DNA of 63,345 nucleotides, counting the filler. It is 8 parts of 8 records of this genome, joined end to end, with 100 filler letters (N's around TTAATTAATTAA, not from the genome) between each part and the next. Parts side by side here need not be neighbours in the genome. Positions count along the whole stretch, not along the records: positions 7,619 to 13,281 come from SRR31147125_22224; positions 13,382 to 18,623 come from SRR31147125_22286; positions 18,724 to 25,823 come from SRR31147125_22289; 5 more parts are not named here. The stretch is one strand, 5' to 3'. Both the position numbers and the translations under genes were made by a program. Shown piece by piece: positions 10,130-18,767 of this stretch (position 1 is the stretch's first letter; every line of letters begins with the position of its first letter). The notes under the pieces are model-generated. The model made no database searches and was not told the DNA's origin. It saw only the letters and a list, made by a program, of their open reading frames with translations.

Positions 10130-12636
10130 ATGATTCCAACTAAGCTAAATACCGGGCTTCGTGCCTGTGGTATGTCGTTTCTTTTATTCTTTTCGATTAT
10201 TCTTATAAACCTGATTTCAACACCGGCGTTTTGTGCTAATCCGTATTTATTTTCGTACGAGGAATCCAACGATGATAACGAAAAAGGCAAAGTGCAAGGC
10301 AAAATTGTAGATTCATCGGGTAACGATGCTATTGGTTATGCAAATGTTGGTTTATTTTCAACTGCCGACAACAAACTCGTTTCAGGAGCAATTTCAAAAG
10401 AAGATGGCACTTTTTCAATCGACAAAATTTCGCAGGGAGAATATTTCATTTCAATAAAATTTATTGGATATACTGAATTCAAATCAGAAAAATTTACGGT
10501 AAAAGGTGCAAACCAAAGAATTAAACTGCCAACTGTTTTGCTGAAAATGGCTACCGAAAATATCGACGAAGTGCAAGTTACAGCACAAAAAAGGGCCATG
10601 GTTTATAAAATGGACAAGAAAATTATCAATGCCGAAAGTTTTAGCAGTGCTGCTGGAGGAACGGCAGTAAATATTCTAGAAAATGTGCCATCGGTTGCAG
10701 TTGATATAGAAGGAAATGTTAGCCTGCGTGGCAGTTCGAGTTTTACGGTTTTTGTAGATGGAAAACCAAGCCTGTTTGAAAGTGCTCAGGCGCTGGAACA
10801 AATTCCCTCGGGGCAGGTCGAAAAAATAGAAATTATAACAAATCCATCGGCGCGGTACGATGCTGAAGGAACTGCAGGAATTATTAATGTAATTACAAAA
10901 AAAGTAGCCAACAAGGCTGGAATGGCCTAATTAATGCCAGTGGCAATACGGCAGAGTCGCACTCAGCCGATTTTGTTTTTACCAACCGCAACGAAAAATT
11001 TTACTGGAAACTTGGTGGTCGATTTTTCAAAAACTACCGAAAAGGCGATTTCGAACAATACAAAACTACTACCATTGATGATTTTACCACCATTGCAGAA
11101 TCGGAAGGCGATCGTACAGGACGAAATTACAACACGTCGGGCATTGGCGGTTTTGGTTTTATAATGAAAAACTCAACGCTCGATTTCGAATTTGAAGCAG
11201 GCGACCGTGGTAGCGGTTATGAAGGAGATTTGGAATACATTGAAAATTATAGGGGTATTAACGAAATTAATTACCCTCAATATACTTTCGACAGCTACGA
11301 CTATAAAGACCTAAACGAAGATTTCGTTCAGGGAAACATAAATTTCAACCATAATTTTAAAGAAGAGGGACACACCTTAAAAGCTAATTTATTCGGAATT
11401 TATGGTTATAGCATGGAATATTTCGAAAATCAGCTTACCGGTGATAACGGCATCCAGGACGACGGGCAAAATTCGTGGGAGGAAGAATACCGGGTTACCC
11501 TGCGCGGAAGTGCCGACTATATACGCCCCATAAATGATGGACGCGGCAAACTGGAAGCCGGTTACTTGTACGATATGTACATTGAAGACGGTGACTATGG
11601 AATGGAAGATTACGACGAAAATTCAGGCAATTATGTTTTCCGTGACGAATATTATAGTGTCTACCGTTTTAAAAGAGATATTCATGCCCTTTACGGAATT
11701 GTTTCAGACCAGATAAATAAATTTTCGTACTATATTGGATTGCGCGGAGAATACACGTACCGCTACCTTGGAAGCTCGGAAGAATGGGCCAGCCAAACCG
11801 AAAATCGATTCGATTTATTTCCTTCGGGGCACATTGCTTATCAACTTCCAAAAGAGCACCAAATTTCGGCCAGTTATTCGCGCCGTACTGTGCGCCCGCG
11901 TTTACACTTTTTAGAACCGTATGTAACCTTTGCCGACAGTTACACGGCACGAACAGGAAATCCGGATGTAAGACCGGAATACGTGAACTCTTTCGAGTTG
12001 GGCTGGCAAAAAAACATCGACCAAAACTTTTTATCCTTCGAAGTTTTCCACCGCCGCAAACAAGATAAAATAGAACGGATAAGAACCGTTTATAGTCCTG
12101 GCGTAACGCTCGATTCAATTTCGAATGTTGGGAACGATTATTCTACCGGAGCAGAAGCAATGGCAAACATTGTACTAAACAATTGGTGGACCATAAACAC
12201 GTCGGCCAACTTATTCTACTATAAAATAGAAAGCGATTACAAAATTGTGGGAATCGATGACGAAAGCCTAAACTGGCAGGCTCGTTTTTCGAATAATTTT
12301 GTGGCAGGAAAAGATACCCGCATCCAGTTCGATGGAAATTATGTTGGGCCATCGGTAAGCACACAAGGCACACGCGATGCTTTTTTCTACACCAATCTTT
12401 CGGTAAGGCAATTGTTCCTGAAAAAGAAACTTTCGGCAACACTTTCGATGCGCGATGTACTAAAAACAGCAGAGTTTAAAAGCAGCCAAACCGGCGATGG
12501 TTTATATTCGGAAACCGGAGTTACACCGTTTTATCCAAATATAAAGCTTACACTTTCATACCGAATAAACCAGTTAAATCCGAAGGCTAAAAAACAATCG
12601 ACAAACGACGATTTATTCGAAGGAAGTTCGCACTAA
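10130..12636 (+). CDS. TonB-dependent outer-membrane receptor, split by one frameshift
   Basis: CarboxypepD-like N-domain and plug motif (IEIITNPSARYDAEGTAGIIN). Adding one A to the A7 run at 10897-10903 gives TKKSSQQGWNG, which stays open into the 11164-12636 barrel ORF. Confidence 0.85.
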
Positions 12637-12756
12637 TGTTTTTTTAATGTCCGTTGCAACATGTTTAAATGACCAATGCACTCAAAAAGCAGTATGATTT
12701 TATGTGATATTTTTCTTTATCTGCGAATAATGAATTAAACGATTAATAATTCAAAA

Positions 12757-13248
12757 TTGAAAAAAGAAGAATTCATAGAGATTATTTCAAGAAACAAAAA
12801 CCTGCTGTATAAAATATGCAATTCATATTGTCAAAATTCCAGTGACAGGAAAGATTTAGAACAAGAGATTATTATGCAATTATGGAAAAACATAAAAGGT
12901 TTTGACGGACGCGTTAAAATCTCAACATGGATTTACAAAGTTGCTTTAAATACAGCGATTTCGAATTATCGAAAAGACCGTAAACGAATTGATAAACCCA
13001 ATGAAATAGACTGCTCAATTTTTTCTTTACCCGATTTTGAATATGATTCTGGACTTGACGAGAAAATAACAATTCTGAGAAAATTGATAAACGGATTGAC
13101 AAAACTTGACAAAGCTTTAATTCTTCTCTATTTAGACAGTTTTAAGCAAAGAGAAATTGCCGAAATTCTTGGTATTTCAGAATCAAATGTAGCTACAAAA
13201 ATTAGTCGAATTAAGAAAAATCTCAAAGAAAAATTTAGTAATTATTAA
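12757..13248 (+). CDS. ECF RNA polymerase sigma-70 factor
   Basis: DLEQEI..QLW, STWIYKVALN and region-4 HTH EIAEILGISESNV. Confidence 0.92.
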   Translation: MKKEEFIEIISRNKNLLYKICNSYCQNSSDRKDLEQEIIMQLWKNIKGFDGRVKISTWIYKVALNTAISNYRKDRKRIDKPNEIDCSIFSLPDFEYDSGLDEKITILRKLINGLTKLDKALILLYLDSFKQREIAEILGISESNVATKISRIKKNLKEKFSNY

Positions 13249-13281
13249 ATTCAAAATCATGGAATTAGAAGATTTTAAAAA

Positions 13282-13381
13282 NNNNNNNNNNNNNNNNNNN
13301 NNNNNNNNNNNNNNNNNNNNNNNNNTTAATTAATTAANNNNNNNNNNNNNNNNNNNNNNNNNNNNNNNNNNNNNNNNNNNN
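13282..13381. other. Artificial contig linker
   Basis: N-run, TTAATTAATTAA, N-run. Confidence 0.99.
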
Positions 13382-13783
13382 TTTTACTCGTTGGATTACA
13401 CAAAGCTTTTGAAAACAAAGGCGTTCAGTCGGTATTGGCAGCACATTGAAAAACAAATGAAAACAGGCATAAGAAATGATAATTACGGCTATCAGATTGA
13501 GCAGGGTTTAGTTGATTATGACACATTTACGAAGTGTCGGGAAAAATTAACTGCATTCCGCAATATGTCAAGACGAAAAGAAAAAACCAACGACTGGGGG
13601 CGTTATCATGCTTTTGATTTGCAGCCAAACGAACAATTTGAATTTGAAAAACCCCTACCTGAATGTAAACGGGGGCAGAAATCGGGCGATCCGTCGCCCG
13701 AAAACATAAAGGCTTTAAATGAGCTAAAAGCCAGACAGTTGAAAGTGTTTGGAGAAAGGGAACAAGGTGTTGAAATTATATAG
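13382..13783 (+). CDS. Hypothetical protein, 5'-truncated (possibly the C-terminus of a replication protein)
   Basis: Frame is open from the contig edge; no motif recognised. Confidence 0.45.
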   Translation, partial: FYSLDYTKLLKTKAFSRYWQHIEKQMKTGIRNDNYGYQIEQGLVDYDTFTKCREKLTAFRNMSRRKEKTNDWGRYHAFDLQPNEQFEFEKPLPECKRGQKSGDPSPENIKALNELKARQLKVFGEREQGVEII

Positions 13784-13883
13784 TAACCATTGTAGATGGG
13801 TGGTTTGTGAGAAATGCGGTTATGAATTTGATTACAGGTACAACTTGGGTTTTATTTGTCCGTGTTGTGGAAATAAAAATTAG
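13767..13883 (+). CDS. 38-aa zinc-ribbon microprotein (not in ORF track)
   Basis: GTG start; MLKLYSNHCRWVVCEKCGYEFDYRYNLGFICPCCGNKN with CxxC and CPxC. Confidence 0.5.
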   Translation: MLKLYSNHCRWVVCEKCGYEFDYRYNLGFICPCCGNKN

Positions 13884-13909
13884 TAAATATTCTTCATGGG
13901 GAACGATTA

Positions 13910-13972
13910 GTGTAAAATTAATTTTACACAAATCGAACGAAGTGAGGATTTTGTGTTAAAATTAATTTTGCA
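13910..13972. promoter_or_regulatory. Two palindromic operator-like sites upstream of the HTH gene
   Basis: Perfect palindrome GTGTAAAATTAATTTTACAC (13910-13929) and a variant at 13953-13972. Confidence 0.55.
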
Positions 13973-13975
13973 GTA

Positions 13976-14290
13976 ATGAGAAAAGATTTACGTTTTAAAA
14001 TGGCTTGCGACGAAATGAAGGCTAAAGAAATGTCTTGGTTGCAGGATAGTTTGATAGTTGCGTTTGATACGGTACATGAACAGATTCATGAGAATCTCAG
14101 GGGTTTAAATATGAAAAAGCTGGCTGAAGTTATGGAAATGTCAAGGCCGACGCTTTATAAAAAATTGCATGATGTACGTTTGTGTTCGTTTTATGAGCTG
14201 CAGCGTTTTATCATCGTTTTAGAAATGGTCTACGATTACGGGCGTTTTCCTAACAAATTTGAAATCCAGTCACGAACAAAAAAGTTATAG
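13976..14290 (+). CDS. Helix-turn-helix DNA-binding protein
   Basis: NMKKLAEVMEMSRPTLYKKL. Confidence 0.7.
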   Translation: MRKDLRFKMACDEMKAKEMSWLQDSLIVAFDTVHEQIHENLRGLNMKKLAEVMEMSRPTLYKKLHDVRLCSFYELQRFIIVLEMVYDYGRFPNKFEIQSRTKKL

Positions 14291-14300
14291 GGGTGACGAT

Positions 14301-14324
14301 TAGTGTAAAATAAAATTTACACTA
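14301..14324. promoter_or_regulatory. Third copy of the palindromic site, downstream of the HTH gene
   Basis: TAGTGTAAAATAAAATTTACACTA; ACGATTAGTGTAAAAT occurs at both 13903-13918 and 14296-14311. Confidence 0.5.
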
Positions 14325-14329
14325 TTGCC

Positions 14330-14575
14330 CTATCTTTGATAAAACCCGACTTTGAAATCTCTGTTAACTTGGATTTCGATTTTTTGTTTATCCCGTGAAA
14401 AAGCAGTTTCACACAATTCGTTAAAAATGTACAGTCCCATGATTTTAACGGCTGTTGATACTCCAATGTAATTATGGTAATTGACACCGTGAAAAATACC
14501 GCTCGCTTTGATGCGGAATTTTTTGTTTATGGCCTTGCTTGTGTATCGCAAAAAAGGTATTTCTAATTGTTTCAT
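14330..14575 (-). CDS. Hypothetical phage protein
   Basis: 81-aa ORF starting 1 nt after the stop of the upstream ORF. Confidence 0.55.
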   Translation of the reverse strand: MKQLEIPFLRYTSKAINKKFRIKASGIFHGVNYHNYIGVSTAVKIMGLYIFNELCETAFSRDKQKIEIQVNRDFKVGFYQR

Positions 14576-14576
14576 G

Positions 14577-14765
14577 CTAGTATCTGTAATGGGTGTTTTT
14601 TATTGTGAAAACTTGGGCGTTTTTGTCTGTTAGATAAATGGCTCCTGTTTGTGCATCCATGTATCTGAACTCTCCCCAAGGGGTTCTATGGATAAAGATG
14701 TATTCTTTCTTTCCGTTGGCGAACTTAAAACGCTGGTTGTTATGTAGTCTTGAAATAGTTGTCAT
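14577..14765 (-). CDS. Hypothetical phage protein
   Basis: 62-aa ORF (TTG start) in operon-like arrangement. Confidence 0.45.
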   Translation of the reverse strand: MTTISRLHNNQRFKFANGKKEYIFIHRTPWGEFRYMDAQTGAIYLTDKNAQVFTIKNTHYRY

Positions 14766-14869
14766 TTTGTCTGTGCTTTAATTGACGAAGTCCTTCAATT
14801 TTTTTTTGAATATTTTTTTGGCTGTTCTCAGGTCGAAAACTTTGAATTTTTTAACCGCTAAACTCAGGG

Positions 14870-14935
14870 AGATTAAATACTATACAAATTTCGACCGCAG
14901 GGAGACTTTAGCCCAATTTGTATAGTATTTAATCT
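14870..14935. repeat. 21-bp perfect inverted repeat with 24-nt spacer
   Basis: AGATTAAATACTATACAAATT (14870-14890) and AATTTGTATAGTATTTAATCT (14915-14935). Confidence 0.9.
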
Positions 14936-14970
14936 TTCTGAATCTTTGTTAAAGAATTAAGGGGTTTACG

Positions 14971-16629
14971 CTAGTTAACAAATGCTTTATACATTATGAT
15001 TTGTCCTGAAACGTTCCCTTTGATTTCTATCTTATCGGCAAAATAACCGCCTGCTTGGTCGCTTCCCTCGATTCCGTCTGGTACTACTTTTAAGATAGTA
15101 TTTACGGCGTTTTCGTCTTGAATAACTTTCATGCTATACTCGCTGCCAGTTTTGGCAATATGCACGTTGATTCTCTTAACGAAAACCATTTGCTTTTCAT
15201 TAGGGGTTAATTCGATTGTCAGGGCGTTATTTGCATCATCATGCTGAAATTTTTTAACCTCAGTTTCTACGAATATTTTTTGCCTTCCTGTACAGCCTAG
15301 AAATTCGGCTGCCATTTCTGAAAATTCTTGTTTTGTAATGTCCATGTCTGATTTGTTTTGTAAACTTGAAAGGCTCTCGGCCTTGAAAATTGTTTCAATT
15401 TGTGTTGATGTGAAATCAATAAAATAAGGTACTGCGTTACAATCTAAGTGCTGATATACTGCAACTGTGCTTGTATATTCGTTTGCGCTGTTGATTCTTG
15501 AACCTGTCCATCCTAAGTCTGATTGCGGTATGTAGTCCCCTTCCCAAGTTTGGGCAAAATCTGTCCTTAGTGGACTTTGAAAGGCGTTTACGGTATTACT
15601 GAAAGATTCATTTGTAAGATGTAAAAACCACAGGGTGTCGTTGAGGTTGTAATTTTTAGGTAGAAAGTTTGGCGAAAAGAAAAACAGGTTTTTGTTTAAG
15701 GATTTCGCTGTTATCATTTGGCTAAAAATTGAATCTGCTCTTAGGTTTGGTTCTCCTAGTGCGGCGTTTTCCCATGTTGCTGTGTCTGCGTTATTAAAAA
15801 ATAACGATTCGCCGCGCCATCCGTTACTGGTGTAAGAATCACGGTTTAAATAATGGGTTTCGCCGTTTACCGTGTGTTCAAAGTTGAAACTTTCGGTTTT
15901 TAGTGCAACCTCTCCGACTATCGGTGTTTTAATCCATATGCGAAAAGAAATAACTATCTGTTTGCCGTAGAATTTTTTCAACTCCGAATCAAACGCCGTT
16001 ATAGGAATGTAGGAGTAAAATTTTTGTGATTCTGTTGTAATATCCGTTGGAAAAGAAAGGATTTGCGGAAAATTGCAAGCGGCTAAAAGGGTGTTTTCAT
16101 TATTAGCAACTTTATGCTGAAACGCGGAAATGTGTTCCCCTGTTAATTTTTCTTTGATAATCGTTTCGGCGTAAATGTTGTAATTATCTAAATCAATACT
16201 GCATGCTTCACTGGCTGTTATGTCTGCCGAAAAACCTAGATAACCGTAGTCGGGTTTCCAATATCCCGCAATGTTTGAAAGTTCAACGGTTTTAAAATTC
16301 TCGTAAGGTGCAAGCGGTGTTGCTTGCCATGATTTGTATGAAATGGCAAGATAATTTGCATTAACGTTGATAACTTCATCAATGCTTATACTCCCTGCAT
16401 TAGCAAGCCCAATAGATACAAGATTCTGCAAATCTGCATCGGAAAAAAAAGCATAGTTTGCATAGTAGCCAGAAACGGTGTCGCCTGTTAGAATCAGTTC
16501 TGTATAGTCGGAAATGTCGTAAATGTCTACCCTGTACGGGGAATTATTAAGTGCAAGCTCTCCCGCAACATTGATAAAAGTGTCAATCAATGTATTAGCG
16601 GGTCGTAATGGTGGTTTGTAGATTTCCAT
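14971..16629 (-). CDS. Probable virion structural (spike or receptor-binding) protein
   Basis: 552 aa, beta-rich, YAFFSD...NANYLAISY segment like phage beta-sandwich modules; last gene of the minus-strand block. Confidence 0.45.
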   Translation of the reverse strand: MEIYKPPLRPANTLIDTFINVAGELALNNSPYRVDIYDISDYTELILTGDTVSGYYANYAFFSDADLQNLVSIGLANAGSISIDEVINVNANYLAISYKSWQATPLAPYENFKTVELSNIAGYWKPDYGYLGFSADITASEACSIDLDNYNIYAETIIKEKLTGEHISAFQHKVANNENTLLAACNFPQILSFPTDITTESQKFYSYIPITAFDSELKKFYGKQIVISFRIWIKTPIVGEVALKTESFNFEHTVNGETHYLNRDSYTSNGWRGESLFFNNADTATWENAALGEPNLRADSIFSQMITAKSLNKNLFFFSPNFLPKNYNLNDTLWFLHLTNESFSNTVNAFQSPLRTDFAQTWEGDYIPQSDLGWTGSRINSANEYTSTVAVYQHLDCNAVPYFIDFTSTQIETIFKAESLSSLQNKSDMDITKQEFSEMAAEFLGCTGRQKIFVETEVKKFQHDDANNALTIELTPNEKQMVFVKRINVHIAKTGSEYSMKVIQDENAVNTILKVVPDGIEGSDQAGGYFADKIEIKGNVSGQIIMYKAFVN

Positions 16630-16793
16630 TAGTTGTCCTCCTTTTTAGCTTTGAAATGACGTTTAACACAATATTCAGCGGCGGCGTAAGCAAGGCGAAC
16701 GCCGATTATAATGAATATGTCTTTTGCCTCAGCAATGGCCGTTGCGCCTGCTGCTGTTAAAAATTCTGGTATGAATAGAAAAACTTTTTGCAT
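16629..16793 (-). CDS. 54-aa small membrane protein (not in ORF track)
   Basis: MQKVFLFIPEFLTAAGATAIAEAKDIFIIIGVRLAYAAAEYCVKRHFKAKKEDN; its stop overlaps the next start (TAATG). Confidence 0.6.
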   Translation of the reverse strand: MQKVFLFIPEFLTAAGATAIAEAKDIFIIIGVRLAYAAAEYCVKRHFKAKKEDN

Positions 16794-16829
16794 ATTTGAG
16801 CGATTTAAAAACCTTTAAAAATTGTAAAT

Positions 16830-16946
16830 ATGATTTGTGGAATTGTTGGGCCTCAGGAAATAGTTCTGGCCTTAATTTTATTTGTACTGGTGGTTGCTGT
16901 TTTGACGTTTGCGGTAATTCGTATTGTCAAAGCTTTTAAAAAGTAA
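16830..16946 (+). CDS. 38-aa single-TM peptide, counter-oriented (not in ORF track)
   Basis: MICGIVGPQEIVLALILFVLVVAVLTFAVIRIVKAFKK fills the only gap in the minus-strand block. Confidence 0.5.
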   Translation: MICGIVGPQEIVLALILFVLVVAVLTFAVIRIVKAFKK

Positions 16947-17370
16947 TTGCCAGCTTAGTAACTTGCCAAATCTCGCGCATTTGGTTGCGTTGGGCTTTGG
17001 TAAGTTCGTTAGTGTACCATCCAAATAAATTAAGTTCTGTGCTTCCTGCCATTTGTCCGAATCCCATGTACGGAGCTGTTCCGAAAGCTTTAAAAACTTG
17101 TTCGAGTTGTGAGGGTGTTAAGTTTCTTAGGGAGCTAAAAAGAGAATCTTCATCAGTTCCGAAGCTGTACATAGCGTTGAGTTGTTGTTCTGCTATGGCT
17201 TTTGCGCTAAAAATCCCGTTAAAATCTGCAAAGGGTTTATCTCCGAAAAGAGAGAAAAGGGCTTTTGCTCCTTTCGAAATAGTATCTCTTAAAAACCAAA
17301 CAATCAAAACAACCCCTGCAATTAAAGCAGGGGTTTTGTAATTCTTCAAAAAGCGTCTAAACAATTTCAT
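16936..17370 (-). CDS. Membrane-anchored protein with annexin-repeat-like motif
   Basis: N-terminal TM; AM.SFGTDEDSLF..L......L..V..AF resembles the annexin GxGTDE repeat. Confidence 0.55.
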   Translation of the reverse strand: MKLFRRFLKNYKTPALIAGVVLIVWFLRDTISKGAKALFSLFGDKPFADFNGIFSAKAIAEQQLNAMYSFGTDEDSLFSSLRNLTPSQLEQVFKAFGTAPYMGFGQMAGSTELNLFGWYTNELTKAQRNQMREIWQVTKLAITF

Positions 17371-17917
17371 AAGCTAAATCAAAAAGTTTACGGTCTAAAT
17401 TGTACGAATTTTCCATCAATGCCATTGGTTTAAGCAACTTGTATAGATTTTCCTGTGTAGGTTCAATTTTGGTGCTGCTTTCAACGCCGATACTGTTACA
17501 AACAAGGTCGATGTACTTTGCTGTATCATTTCCGTCCGATGGTGGCGCAAATCTCATTAAAATGCCCTCTACGGTGTTAAGCTTGTGTTTTCGAAAATAG
17601 GTTAACACTGTTTTAATTCCTGCCCTGATTCCGTAAATGATAGTTTCAAAGCTCTCAAACTCGTCTTCGTCTAAAGTTGTTTTACCTGTCCATTTATTGG
17701 CAGGATTAGAACGAATATTAAACGGGTTATTTACTGAGCGGTTAAAAACAACGTTATCAAATTTAACTTCACCTGAAGCAGGGTGTAAAAACGTTGTTTT
17801 TCCTGCTGTGGATTGCTTCATTTTTAGAAATAAAGCACCGATTTGTTTTCTAAACAAAATGAACGCTGAAAGTGCCATTAATGCAACTAACAGTAATATT
17901 TTATAAATCTTCTTCAT
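17357..17917 (-). CDS. Lysozyme-like phage virion protein with N-terminal membrane anchor
   Basis: NNPFNIR...W.G, GIRA, RFAPPSDGNDT..YI motifs typical of phage lysozyme-fold virion proteins. Confidence 0.75.
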   Translation of the reverse strand: MKKIYKILLLVALMALSAFILFRKQIGALFLKMKQSTAGKTTFLHPASGEVKFDNVVFNRSVNNPFNIRSNPANKWTGKTTLDEDEFESFETIIYGIRAGIKTVLTYFRKHKLNTVEGILMRFAPPSDGNDTAKYIDLVCNSIGVESSTKIEPTQENLYKLLKPMALMENSYNLDRKLFDLAYEIV

Positions 17918-18116
17918 TGAGTACCTCCTTTATTGTGTTTTCTACGTGCCAAATCTTTTCTAAATCATCGATTAAGGCCGTAGCATGTTGTTGAACTGAT
18001 TGTAACGAAAGGAAAATTTTAGTTGCTTTTGAAATCCAGTTTAACCCCTTTCTTAGTGAACCGAATACGTTGAATTTTGGAATTTTCATGTTTGAAATCG
18101 TTTGAAAAAACCCCAA
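17901..18116 (-). CDS. Hypothetical phage protein
   Basis: Short amphipathic ORF overlapping the next gene by 17 nt. Confidence 0.5.
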   Translation of the reverse strand: MGFFQTISNMKIPKFNVFGSLRKGLNWISKATKIFLSLQSVQQHATALIDDLEKIWHVENTIKEVLNEEDL

Positions 18117-18178
18117 ACCGAAAAACTCGATTCGGGGTTAAAAACTAAAACTATGAATGATTGGTAGGGTTTGAATGT

Positions 18179-18598
18179 CTAATTTTTTGGTTTGCCTGAC
18201 CGTCCGAAATATCCACCGTTTGGTGCTGCGGGATTGGCTACCCATCCGAAGTCAGGGAAATACAGTTTGCCCGTTGCGTGGTTGTACAAACAACTAACTG
18301 TTGATTGAGTACCCAGTGTTTTGTTGGTAACTGTACCTGTCCAGCGTGTATACTCCTGTCCTTTCCCGTTTTTGATTACTTCGCCGCCTTTTGCGTGGGC
18401 ATGTTTGCCGTTGTTTTGGCTGGCTACAAATGACACTAATTGTCCTTTTGTTACTCTCCATCCAAAAATTACAGCCTTGCCGTTTTTGCCTTGTTTTTCA
18501 CGGCATCCTGAACGCTTTTTCTTTGGGCGTTGGTACCCGTTGTTACCTCTGTTGTAACCTCTGTTGTAACCGCCGCCGTTGTTGTAACCGTATGACAT
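18179..18598 (-). CDS. Basic Gly/Asn/Tyr-rich protein, possibly nucleic-acid binding
   Basis: GYNRGYNRG low-complexity N-terminus, KKKRSGC, beta-rich core. Confidence 0.55.
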   Translation of the reverse strand: MSYGYNNGGGYNRGYNRGNNGYQRPKKKRSGCREKQGKNGKAVIFGWRVTKGQLVSFVASQNNGKHAHAKGGEVIKNGKGQEYTRWTGTVTNKTLGTQSTVSCLYNHATGKLYFPDFGWVANPAAPNGGYFGRSGKPKN

Positions 18599-18623
18599 AA
18601 TTATCGTTTTAGGTGGCGTTTTT

Positions 18624-18723
18624 NNNNNNNNNNNNNNNNNNNNNNNNNNNNNNNNNNNNNNNNNNNNTTAATTAATTAANNNNNNNNNNNNNNNNNNNNN
18701 NNNNNNNNNNNNNNNNNNNNNNN
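18624..18723. other. Artificial contig linker
   Basis: N-run, TTAATTAATTAA, N-run. Confidence 0.99.
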
Positions 18724-18767
18724 TGCTGAGCGAAAGGGCTGTTGCTTGGTTCAGGTGCGGTTGGTGA

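Larger units (their letters stand above)
13382..18623. mobile_element. Fragment of a probable small phage or provirus
   Basis: Compact overlapping hypothetical genes, lysozyme-like virion protein, several single-TM proteins, HTH regulator, no housekeeping genes. Confidence 0.65.

Noticed and set aside
10934-11164. 76-aa ORF between the receptor fragments
   Set aside because: It is the wrong frame; the receptor reads through this interval in the frame of the 11164 ORF.
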